A stretch of DNA of 62,397 nucleotides, the filler included. It is 4 parts of 4 records of this genome, joined end to end, with 100 filler letters (N's around TTAATTAATTAA, not from the genome) between each part and the next. Parts side by side here need not be neighbours in the genome. Positions count along the whole stretch, not along the records: positions 29,669 to 42,223 come from SRR31156797_161; positions 42,324 to 52,724 come from SRR31156797_164; 2 more parts are not named here. One strand, written 5' to 3'. The position numbers and the translations under genes were made by a program. Of the stretch, positions 34,285-43,184 are shown piece by piece (position 1 is the first letter of the stretch; every line of letters begins with the position of its first letter). The notes under the pieces were generated by a model, which saw only the letters and a program-made list of their open reading frames with translations, searched no databases and had not been told where the DNA came from.

Positions 34285-37200
34285 CTATTCCTCTTTCACG
34301 GTTACTTCCTCTTCTTTTTTAGCTTTGCCTGTTATCCAGTTCCAGTATTTCCTAAGAAGTTCACCTACTGTATCAAACTCTTCCTGGTATGATATACCTA
34401 TTCCTTGTGTTGTTGGAGAGGAGTCAAAACTAAAATCGTCGTTACTGTGCGTGTAAGCTTTAGCACGTAAACTTCCTGATTTATTTAATTTTACATCTAA
34501 ATCAAAATCACCAACAATATTACTTGATGATTGACTGGTTGGGCTGTATTTACCATATTCAACGTTGCCGTTTAGTGTTACCCGGTCGTTAAATATCTGG
34601 GTAGATAAAGCCACTTCAATTTGCTCACTCGATAATTCATCTTCAGGGCGATAGTTGATACCAACATCCACGTCGTTACTAATCTGAGATAACCAGTTGC
34701 TTAATTGTCCTGATAGCATTTCGGAGGTGTTAGCCAATGCAGCACTGTTTACACCACTATTACTACTATTGCTGGCGTTGAAGTTCGGTGTATAAAACTT
34801 ATTCATCACCAATAAAGATAAAACCTGTCGGTTTAATTCCTCATCGGTACTTATGGCTTCATCAATCAGGTTTTGGTTACTTTGCTCCAAAGTGGGAGCG
34901 CTGATATTGAATTTTATATTAGGTTGCGAAAGTCGTTTGCTTAGTATCAAATCGCAATGAATTGGAACACGTCTGTTTAATTCATTATTCTCTGTTGTTT
35001 GCCCAGATGAAGGTAAAATTAGAGGTTGTATAGAGGTTTTTAGTTTGTAGGTTGCGGTTAAATCAATGATCGCATCATATGGATCTCCTTCCCAAATTAC
35101 GGTACCTCCTCTGTTTATGTCAAAGCGCTTATTTACAATATTTTCCAACGAAAAAAGATAGTCTCCTTTTTCGGCTACATATTCACCAAAAAAGCTCACG
35201 TCGCCTTCCTTGTTCATTTGAATATTGATGTTTCCTCTTCCCCAACTTTTTAAAATATCACCAACTGCCGGATCAAAAATAACCTGAACTTCTGCATCCG
35301 GGGTAACTTCTATACCCATATTTAGAGAGAAGTTTGAAATATCAGCTTTGTACTCGGAGGTTTGCGAATTGTCATTTTTGTCCTGTTCGGTGTGATTTAG
35401 AAAGCGAATGAAATTATTGTCTAATGATTCCTCTTTATCAGACATGGGGATATAAAACTTCGTATTTCTTTCGGTAACACCATTTAAATTAAGATTTAAA
35501 TCATAAGTGCTGCCAGTAACTGCTAAATCGCCTGTGGCGTAAACAGTACCATAATAAAGCGGATTGTCTTTGGGTTTGGTATTCATCAGTAACATATTAT
35601 TAGCGTGGATATAAAGCCCAAAGTCCATATTGTAAAAGTTCCGGTGAAGAATAGCTCCTTCAAAAATGCCTTTATTTCCATTTGCATCAGTTAAGGTCAT
35701 ATTATCAAAGAAGATTTTTTCCGGGGTAAACATAACCGAATCTTTAAGGTGGTAGGAGCATTGTAGCAGGTCTACATCAAAAATAGCATCATTTACCTTA
35801 ACTCCTCCTTGCAACGCTATTCCATATGATGTTTTACTTAAAGATAAGCTTCCGGAGCCATTACCTTTCAGGTTTTGAATTACTTTATTAGTGTATAAAT
35901 TCAAAAAACCAAGAGGCAGACTATCCAGTTCAAAGTCGAAGTAAAAGTTTTTATCGGAAGGTTTGTAATATCCCGAACCAATCAGCGGTACAATCTTATT
36001 TCTGGTGATTTTGGAATTAATTACTACCTGCTTTTCGTCTTGATCCCAACTCGAATTTAAACGAAGCAGACCGATGTCTTCATCGTTAATTCTAAAATAT
36101 CGTAGAGCAATATTACTGGTGATAATCGGATTTAAGTAGCTGTTTTTTAGGTATACAGATCCGTTCAGTAGTCCTTCTAGTTTTAATCGTTTTATATTTA
36201 ATAAAGAGCTGAGTTCTTCCAGATTAATGTTTTGTATATGTGTTTCCAGTTTGCCGTTTAAATCTTTATAAATAGATCCATTGATATTGATTTCCTGATT
36301 TAAATGGTGGACTCTAAAAGTGTTAAATCGCAGACCATTTGGCAGTATATTTATTTCAGCATCTTGTACTGTCCATGTGGAATCAGCTATCACCACAGAT
36401 GAGGGAAGAATGTGAATTTTAGCAAAGGTTTCTCCTAGTTGCGTTTTGTTAATAGTTGTATGTGTAAATAATGCTCCTTTGTTGGCTTCTTTTTCGTCGT
36501 CATGCCAATTCACAGATAAGAGAATACTGTCGTTAAAACATTCCTGATCAATGCTAAAATGATGAAGGGGTAGGAGTTGTTTGTAATAAATTAAATCAGA
36601 TTTAATTTTTGTAGAAATTTGGTTATCCTTTGTTTCTAAATTAATAGCAATGTTATCTCCTGATATCACATTGTAAGTCATTTTACCCAAAGAAGCATTT
36701 AATTTTAGGTAATTATAATTACCATCAAAAGTTCCGTTGATATAACTGCTGTCAGAAACTACTATGTTGGATTTTATTGCTTGCGTCAGACCTTCAATTT
36801 TTTTAGTTTGAAGACTAAAATCAAATTGATTTGAGGACTCAAAATCATCAAAATGGTCAAAGACAGAAGGAAGATATTGTGCTAAAGTCTTTTTAATGTC
36901 TTTCGGTATCGTATTTAAATTATAGTTTCCGGATAATCTTCCTTCCAAAATATCAGAACTAATATCAATGGTTTTGTAGGAACTGTCTTGCTGAGCTATT
37001 ATTAATAATGAATCAACAGGGTAGGTGTTTTCATTAATCTGTATTTTTCCATCATGAATAACCGTTTTTCCGGATAACGTATTAATACTATTCCCATAGA
37101 GTCGGGAGTTAAGTTTTACTGATAATTTACTGTTGATTAAATTGGGGGCAATATTGAGTTTATCCAGATTTAAATTGTCGATAGAAGCTGTAAAGTCAAA

Positions 37201-38718
37201 ATCCGGTACCGTGTTCTGAAAGTCAACCTTACCATTAAATATGAGTTGAGCATTGGGGTCGTTCAGATTTAAAACACCATTAAATTTTTTGTTTGAGAGC
37301 AAGCCGTTGAGTACAATTTTTTCGTATTTGTATCCGTTGATGTCAATGGAATCAACACTTCCCTGAATGTAGGAGTTAAAAGTATCTTTCCCTTTTTTAT
37401 ATCCCTGAACTGATACGTCCATAGTTACCCGGGTTAGGTTTTTATCAGAATGGATAAGTTTCCCAATATTAAAACTTTGGGTGTTAATATATCCCGAATA
37501 AACTAATTTGTCATCTTCGGTAAGTTTGATGCCAATATCCGTTTTTATGTTACCCAGTTTGGTTTTAAATTGACCATAGGCAACCAGATTGTCTAAAAAT
37601 CCGGTAAAGTTACCGCTATATTCTATTTGCCCGATTTCCTGAAACGACTCGGGAAATTCATAACTGTCATTACCTTGTTTTAAGGATAATATCTTGGCAA
37701 TGTCTACAATGGATGTTTTAAGGTGTTTTACATTTAAGTGTACATATGACTCTTTAAAATTAGGAAGTCCTGAAATATCAAAGTTGGTTAGTAAATTTGT
37801 TGATGTACCTGCGATAATATTGATATTTCTTCCTTTTAAATCTTCCAGTGTTCCTGAAAAATATCCTCTAAGGTTGATTCTGTCCTGAAGTTTTGGAAAG
37901 TTAGGAATAAAAAGATTTAGGTCTTTGTGATCCAGCGCCAGTGAGTTTATTTTTAGCTTAATGGGGATCCTGTTAAAATCGGAATTGAAATTTTGTAATG
38001 AGTCTGGAGAAACTTTAAAGGTTCCTATGCTAATAAATGAATGCAGTGTATTTAAACGAAAGTCTGTTAATTCGATTCTGTTATCACTAATGCGAACATA
38101 GCCTTTCATTTTTTTAATATTCAAACCAGACTTTTCTTTAAGTGAAAGATTATTAATATGAAAGAATGTTCGATTCTCCTTTTGACTGATCTTGTCAATA
38201 TTTAAACTTAGATTTTTTAGATGAATATCATTAGGGTTGAATATTGAATTGCTATTGTGTGAAGCTTGCTTTTTATAACTAATTTCACTGCTCTTAAGTC
38301 TTATATCTTTAACGTTGTATTGCCATTTACTTTTGCTGGCTTTGTTTTTAAATAAGGAATCAATAATAAAAGAATAATTTGCATTGATTTCATTACTAAT
38401 TAAATGAGCTTTTAGTTTTGAGGCTGTTAAAGAAGCAAAGTAAATTTGTTTACTGCTAAAATCCAGACTGTCGATTTGTGCATTTATTTTTTGAATATAA
38501 AGAAGTGTGTCTTTTTGACTGTCTTTAATGAGCAGTCCTTTTAGAACTATCTTTTTTATAGGAGTAAAATATACACTTTCAACAGAAATTTCAGTTCCCA
38601 GATCTTTGGAAAGCCTTTTTGCAATCGACTGCCCGGTATAGTTTTGTACTCCGGGAATCAATACAATGAGATATAATAATACGGGTGATATTATTAATCC
38701 CAATAAGGCATAAAACAA
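34285..38718 (-). CDS. tamB: TamB-like translocation/assembly module protein (start uncertain)
   Basis: N-terminal TM anchor, long beta-rich body, C-terminal WEGDPYDA, QVLSLL and QGIGISY; divergent from tsaD. Confidence 0.8.
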   Translation of the reverse strand: MFYALLGLIISPVLLYLIVLIPGVQNYTGQSIAKRLSKDLGTEISVESVYFTPIKKIVLKGLLIKDSQKDTLLYIQKINAQIDSLDFSSKQIYFASLTASKLKAHLISNEINANYSFIIDSLFKNKASKSKWQYNVKDIRLKSSEISYKKQASHNSNSIFNPNDIHLKNLSLNIDKISQKENRTFFHINNLSLKEKSGLNIKKMKGYVRISDNRIELTDFRLNTLHSFISIGTFKVSPDSLQNFNSDFNRIPIKLKINSLALDHKDLNLFIPNFPKLQDRINLRGYFSGTLEDLKGRNINIIAGTSTNLLTNFDISGLPNFKESYVHLNVKHLKTSIVDIAKILSLKQGNDSYEFPESFQEIGQIEYSGNFTGFLDNLVAYGQFKTKLGNIKTDIGIKLTEDDKLVYSGYINTQSFNIGKLIHSDKNLTRVTMDVSVQGYKKGKDTFNSYIQGSVDSIDINGYKYEKIVLNGLLSNKKFNGVLNLNDPNAQLIFNGKVDFQNTVPDFDFTASIDNLNLDKLNIAPNLINSKLSVKLNSRLYGNSINTLSGKTVIHDGKIQINENTYPVDSLLIIAQQDSSYKTIDISSDILEGRLSGNYNLNTIPKDIKKTLAQYLPSVFDHFDDFESSNQFDFSLQTKKIEGLTQAIKSNIVVSDSSYINGTFDGNYNYLKLNASLGKMTYNVISGDNIAINLETKDNQISTKIKSDLIYYKQLLPLHHFSIDQECFNDSILLSVNWHDDEKEANKGALFTHTTINKTQLGETFAKIHILPSSVVIADSTWTVQDAEINILPNGLRFNTFRVHHLNQEININGSIYKDLNGKLETHIQNINLEELSSLLNIKRLKLEGLLNGSVYLKNSYLNPIITSNIALRYFRINDEDIGLLRLNSSWDQDEKQVVINSKITRNKIVPLIGSGYYKPSDKNFYFDFELDSLPLGFLNLYTNKVIQNLKGNGSGSLSLSKTSYGIALQGGVKVNDAIFDVDLLQCSYHLKDSVMFTPEKIFFDNMTLTDANGNKGIFEGAILHRNFYNMDFGLYIHANNMLLMNTKPKDNPLYYGTVYATGDLAVTGSTYDLNLNLNGVTERNTKFYIPMSDKEESLDNNFIRFLNHTEQDKNDNSQTSEYKADISNFSLNMGIEVTPDAEVQVIFDPAVGDILKSWGRGNINIQMNKEGDVSFFGEYVAEKGDYLFSLENIVNKRFDINRGGTVIWEGDPYDAIIDLTATYKLKTSIQPLILPSSGQTTENNELNRRVPIHCDLILSKRLSQPNIKFNISAPTLEQSNQNLIDEAISTDEELNRQVLSLLVMNKFYTPNFNASNSSNSGVNSAALANTSEMLSGQLSNWLSQISNDVDVGINYRPEDELSSEQIEVALSTQIFNDRVTLNGNVEYGKYSPTSQSSSNIVGDFDLDVKLNKSGSLRAKAYTHSNDDFSFDSSPTTQGIGISYQEEFDTVGELLRKYWNWITGKAKKEEEVTVKEE

Positions 38719-38858
38719 TATTTTATAGGATTTTTTAATAGCTTTGTGCTTTTAATGGCAAAAATAGGTAAAAAAGACCTTAAATAAACATCTATATTCC
38801 GGTGTTTATGTAATATTGCTTCAAATTTTGTGCAAACATTTATCGTTTAGGTTAAGAG

Positions 38859-39878
38859 ATGAGTATTTATATTTTAGGAATAGAGTCATCATGTGATGAT
38901 ACATCGGCTTCTGTATTCAAAGACGAAACTATTTTGTCAAATTGTATTGCTAATCAAGAAGTGCATAAAGCATATGGTGGAGTTGTGCCGGAATTGGCCT
39001 CAAGAGCTCATCAGCAAAATATAATACCTGTTGTAGATAATGCATTAAAAAAAGCAGGAGTAAAACCTGAACAAATTCATGCCGTAGCGTATACGAGAGG
39101 ACCTGGTTTAATGGGATCATTACTGGTTGGGACATCCTTTGCCAAAGGATTTGCGCTGGCTAATAATATTCCTTTGGTGGATGTAAATCACCTGCATGCA
39201 CATGTGCTGGCTCACTTTATTAAAGAACCCGAGGGAGGAATCGAGCATCCACAATTTCCTTTTTTATGCCTTTTGGTTTCCGGGGGGAATAGTCAAATTG
39301 TTTTGGTTAAAGATTATATGCACATGGAAGTAGTTGGGCAAACCATTGATGATGCTGCCGGTGAAGCATTTGATAAGTGTGCAAAAGTGATGGGACTACC
39401 TTATCCGGGAGGTCCTTTAATTGATAAGTTGGCCAAAGAAGGAAATGCAGAAGCTTTTCAATTTTCAAAACCCAATATTAAAGGCTATGATTATAGCTTT
39501 AGTGGGTTGAAAACTTCTTTTCTTTACTTTTTAAGAGATCAGTTGAAAGAAAATCCACAATTTATAGAAGAAAATAAAGAAGATTTGTGCGCATCTCTAC
39601 AAAAAACAATTGTAGATATTTTATTAATAAAACTGGAGAAAGCGGCTAAGGATTTAAAAATTAAGCATGTTGCTTTGGCCGGAGGGGTGTCTGCTAACTC
39701 TGGTTTAAGAACTGGATTGGAAGATTTGGCCAGAAAGAAAAAATGGAAAACCTTTATCCCAAAGTTTGCGTATACGACCGACAATGCCGCTATGGTTGCT
39801 ATAACCGGGTATTATAAATATAAGTCCAATCAATTTTCGGAACACAATGAAGCTCCTTATTCAAGGGTGTTTTTTTAA
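38859..39878 (+). CDS. tsaD: tRNA threonylcarbamoyltransferase
   Basis: ILGIESSCDDT, GGVVPELASRAH, DDAAGEAFDK and TDNAAM. Confidence 0.97.
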   Translation: MSIYILGIESSCDDTSASVFKDETILSNCIANQEVHKAYGGVVPELASRAHQQNIIPVVDNALKKAGVKPEQIHAVAYTRGPGLMGSLLVGTSFAKGFALANNIPLVDVNHLHAHVLAHFIKEPEGGIEHPQFPFLCLLVSGGNSQIVLVKDYMHMEVVGQTIDDAAGEAFDKCAKVMGLPYPGGPLIDKLAKEGNAEAFQFSKPNIKGYDYSFSGLKTSFLYFLRDQLKENPQFIEENKEDLCASLQKTIVDILLIKLEKAAKDLKIKHVALAGGVSANSGLRTGLEDLARKKKWKTFIPKFAYTTDNAAMVAITGYYKYKSNQFSEHNEAPYSRVFF

Positions 39879-39999
39879 TCAGCTAAATTGATAGGTTGCT
39901 TGGGTATTTTATATTCTTAATCAAATTGCATTAAGGAATTGCTAAGCATATAAGGTTTATATACTATTTTTTATATTTTTGTGCAATATTCTTTATGTT

Positions 40000-40290
40000 A
40001 TGGATTTATCTCTTATTTTTGATAAGTGTAACAGTTTTGTAGAAAAGTCCATTGGTGATGAAATGGTTTTAGTACCTTTAAGTAACAATGTGGCAGATAT
40101 GAATAAGGTTTACACTTTAAATGAAGTAGGGGCTTTTTTGTATAATAACATTGATGGTCACAAAAACATAAAAGAATTAAAGAGTGAATTGATTGAAAAA
40201 TATGAGGTCTCCGATGAGGTGGCATTAAAAGATATTAATAGTTTTATTAACGATATGGTTAATAAAGGCGTTTTATTCGAAAAACAATAG
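40000..40290 (+). CDS. PqqD-family / RiPP recognition element protein
   Basis: IGDEMVLVP, YTLNEVGAFLY..IDG and EKYEV....ALKDI..FI..M..KG pattern. Confidence 0.85.
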   Translation: MDLSLIFDKCNSFVEKSIGDEMVLVPLSNNVADMNKVYTLNEVGAFLYNNIDGHKNIKELKSELIEKYEVSDEVALKDINSFINDMVNKGVLFEKQ

Positions 40291-40311
40291 TTTAGAATAA
40301 GATTGATTTGA

Positions 40312-40536
40312 ATGAAAAAAAAGGATTTAATAAAAAGAGAATATAATAAGCCGGCTGTTGAAGTTGTGGAGGTTGATCATGAGATTTCATTGGTGATGAT
40401 GACAGGACCGCCTGCAGATGATGATATTCCAGAATTTGAAGCAGCTAAAGGGGTTGAAAAAGGTCCGATGCAGGCATCATCTCCGTCTTCAGTTTCAAAT
40501 CCTTTTGGAGGATCTTCTCCTGATTATGATAATTAA
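40312..40536 (+). CDS. Putative RiPP precursor peptide (74 aa)
   Basis: Basic leader with YNKPAVEVV (YxxP motif) then an acidic, Pro/Ser-rich tail; lies between the RRE and kinase-like genes. Confidence 0.65.
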   Translation: MKKKDLIKREYNKPAVEVVEVDHEISLVMMTGPPADDDIPEFEAAKGVEKGPMQASSPSSVSNPFGGSSPDYDN

Positions 40537-40545
40537 TGCTGGCGT

Positions 40546-41454
40546 ATGGGGGAGGTTGTTTCTAATTTAATACTCCAAATCGCAGAAATTAATTTTAATT
40601 GTTGTTTTTTCTATCCACTGGTTCCGAATAAAAAGGGATCTATCAATCATTACATAAATACAAAACCAGGTGGCGAACCTGATTATACCTTAGTTTATAA
40701 AATAATATCTTCTGTAGATACAGAAGGATATGTTTTAATGTTTAAAGGCGAGCCGGAAGAGAATGAATTCTTAAATTACAATTGGCGAGTTTTTAGAAAA
40801 GCTGAAAATATTTTAATAGTTGTAGATTTTCTGGATGCAACAGGAATAAAATCTATAGCTGCTAAATTAAAAAAAGATTCAGCTTCTGTAAGAATCGAAA
40901 TCGTTCCTTGCGATACTACTTTAGAAGCGGAGTTAGCTGTTGATCCTTTTATTCATCCATTGGGTTCTTTGTTATTGTTTTATTTAATGCAGCATAAGCA
41001 AGGTTTGTTGATTCATGCATCAGGAGTAATGTATGATGAAGAATGTTATTTGTTTACTGGTGTTTCTGGTATTGGAAAATCGACCATGGCAAACTTATGG
41101 GAGAAAAAAGGGGCTGCAGTTTTAAATGATGATAGGTTGGTCATTCGTCTTCAGGATGAAGTGAAGGTATATAATAACCCAATGCCTTATCAACAAGTTC
41201 CTCAAGGAGGAGTATTAAATAAAATTTTCTTATTAAAGCAATCGTCGACTAATTATATTGTTCCTGTTAAAGGAGTTGTGGCATATTCCAGATTATTGGG
41301 TAATTTTATTCAGCAGTTTTATGATAAAGATATCGTTAAGCGCCATTTAGAATTGATTGAAAAGTTGGTGCAATCGGTCCCTGTTTATGAAGTGGGTTTT
41401 ACGCCTGATACGGAAATTGTTGATCAAATTCTACAAATGAAGTCTGGTGAATAA
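40546..41454 (+). CDS. HprK-related P-loop kinase-like protein
   Basis: LIHASGV, GVSGIGKST and LNDDR motifs. Confidence 0.75.
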   Translation: MGEVVSNLILQIAEINFNCCFFYPLVPNKKGSINHYINTKPGGEPDYTLVYKIISSVDTEGYVLMFKGEPEENEFLNYNWRVFRKAENILIVVDFLDATGIKSIAAKLKKDSASVRIEIVPCDTTLEAELAVDPFIHPLGSLLLFYLMQHKQGLLIHASGVMYDEECYLFTGVSGIGKSTMANLWEKKGAAVLNDDRLVIRLQDEVKVYNNPMPYQQVPQGGVLNKIFLLKQSSTNYIVPVKGVVAYSRLLGNFIQQFYDKDIVKRHLELIEKLVQSVPVYEVGFTPDTEIVDQILQMKSGE

Positions 41455-41899
41455 GGATAGAAAAAAGGAATTCTTAATAGAAACAATGTCCTCGTTGCTG
41501 AATAAGGGCATGGATGTAAAAGTGCCAGTATATGGACTGAGTATGTTTCCTTTGTACCTGCCTGGAGATGAAGTTAGAATAAAGGCGACTGATATTTCTA
41601 AAGTACAAAAAGGTGATGTGGTATCGTTTGAAAGGAATTCTAGGATAGTATTGCATCGGGTGGTAAAAATCTTATCAGCTAAGAAACAAATAGTGACTAA
41701 AGGAGATGGCTTGGTTTTCAATGATGAGCAGATTAATTTTTCGGATATTGAAGGGCTTGTGGTGGAACATACGAGGAATGGTAAGGATCTTCATTTTTCG
41801 GAAAGGAAAAAGGTAAAGACATTCATGGCATTATTATCTCCAGTTATGGGTTGTATATTTTATTATACTTCCAGACTTTGGTATAAGTTAACGAACTGA
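41447..41899 (+). CDS. S24/S26-family peptidase
   Basis: GLSMFPLY..GD, GDVV, VLHRVV and TKGD; GTG start overlaps the upstream stop. Confidence 0.8.
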   Translation: MNKDRKKEFLIETMSSLLNKGMDVKVPVYGLSMFPLYLPGDEVRIKATDISKVQKGDVVSFERNSRIVLHRVVKILSAKKQIVTKGDGLVFNDEQINFSDIEGLVVEHTRNGKDLHFSERKKVKTFMALLSPVMGCIFYYTSRLWYKLTN

Positions 41900-42223
41900 T
41901 TTCTGATTTTTATAGTGAAGTTTATATTTCATTGCTTGTTAAAAAAAGTAACTGTAAAATTACTGTGATAATGCTCTGGGTTATGTTGTTTGTAATGAGT
42001 TGTTTGTGGTGTTGGGTTTGTTTTTTGACAATTGGAGGTGTTATCTAATTTGGCTATAAAAGCCTGTTTGGAAGAATTATGTCTTGAAATCTACTGAATA
42101 TTACAGGAAACCCAGTTGAAACGAATTGTTTTTGGCATATTACTGCTTTGAATTAGCTTTTGTGTGATTCTTCTTCGAGTCATGTTCGCAACCGCTTCGT
42201 AAGCGCTTCGCAAAGCTTCGATA

Positions 42224-42323
42224 NNNNNNNNNNNNNNNNNNNNNNNNNNNNNNNNNNNNNNNNNNNNTTAATTAATTAANNNNNNNNNNNNNNNNNNNNN
42301 NNNNNNNNNNNNNNNNNNNNNNN
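42224..42323. other. Artificial contig linker
   Basis: N44-TTAATTAATTAA-N44. Confidence 0.98.
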
Positions 42324-42348
42324 GCGAGTTCGAGTCTCGTTTCTCGCT
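42324..42348 (+). tRNA. 3' part of a tRNA, probably tRNA-Gly (truncated by the contig start)
   Basis: GCGAG-TTCGAGT-CTCGT T-arm plus TTCTCGCT acceptor strand, nearly identical to the tRNA-Gly(GCC) 3' end; the anticodon is not visible. Confidence 0.75.
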
Positions 42349-42365
42349 CAAAATCCAATAAGGAT

Positions 42366-42449
42366 GCCCAGGTGGTGGAATTGGTAGACACGCTGGACTT
42401 AAAATCCAGTGGCCTTTTGGCCGTGCGGGTTCAAGTCCCGCCCCGGGTA
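42366..42449 (+). tRNA. tRNA-Leu(TAA)
   Basis: D-arm GGAATTGGTAGAC, anticodon arm CTGGA-CTTAAAA-TCCAG, long variable arm GGCC-TTTT-GGCC, T-arm GCGGG-TTCAAGT-CCCGC. Confidence 0.97.
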
Positions 42450-42453
42450 CAAT

Positions 42454-42495
42454 AACCCTCATAAACAGCAATGTTTATGAGGGTTTTGTTTTTTT
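42454..42495 (+). terminator. Intrinsic terminator after the tRNAs
   Basis: AACCCTCATAAACA-GCAA-TGTTTATGAGGGTT followed by a T tract. Confidence 0.85.
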
Positions 42496-42897
42496 AAGGG
42501 AACGAATGGGGGAACGTTTGTGAGTATTAAAATTTCAGTTTAAAATAACTAGATAATCTCAGAAAAGAATTTTTGATCCTTTAAAGAACCCATTTAAGGC
42601 GATTTACAACTATTTTATGAGATAATCTACGTCTAATCCCAATGCAATCATTCAAAGCCTTCAAAAGAATTGTAATGATCTTTTCATCGATGATTAGAGT
42701 TTAAACCTTCCCAGAAATATCACAATTAAATAACGAATCCATACAAGAAAAACTAATGAAGAATTCGTTATTTCGATAATAGTTTAAGAATAATAGGCAT
42801 TGGCAATAAATCAGTTGTTAAATTCATTTCTAAAACTTGCCTGAATATTCAAATTTATTGATAATTTCATGCCAATATTAAAGCTATAAATAATATT

Positions 42898-43184
42898 AAA
42901 CACCTGGCTATTGACCATGCATTGCGAAATCGTAATGTTAAAACTAATGTGAGAAATTAGATGAAGTTTGAAATATGAAGTAATCTATAAGTTATTATAT
43001 TGATTTATTATTTTATAATGATTCAATTATTATTTTATGATACTTTTTATGAATAATTATTCTCCCTTAAACAATAAGTTATTAATGATATTATTGGGCT
43101 CTTATAGTATTTATTAAAAATATTTATTTAACAAGTATTATATCTTAATAATGGTTCATACAAAAGAGAATACGCCAGGTGTTT
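42898..43184 (+). ncRNA. Retron msr-msd non-coding RNA (predicted)
   Basis: Terminal inverted repeat AAACACCTGGC-TATT (42898-42912) / AATA-C-GCCAGGTGTTT (43169-43184); unpaired G at 42913; short stem-loops at 42919-42938 and 42944-42960; long imperfect hairpin at about 43018-43159; adjacent to a retron-type RT. Confidence 0.8.

Noticed and set aside
40312-40536. Canonical lasso peptide
   Set aside because: No asparagine-synthetase-like cyclase or B2 protease in the cassette, and Thr is at -1 rather than -2 relative to the candidate Gly1.
42268-42471. 67-aa minus-strand ORF
   Set aside because: It is the antisense of tRNA-Leu and tRNA-Gly running into the N linker.
43037-43117. 26-codon ORF (MILFMNNYSPLNNKLLMILLGSYSIY) inside the predicted msd
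   Set aside because: Short, low-complexity and with no supporting signal; most likely chance within a structured AT-rich RNA.
41447-43151. Functional link between the RiPP-like cassette and the tRNA/retron island
   Set aside because: They are separated by an artificial linker, so adjacency is not biological evidence.
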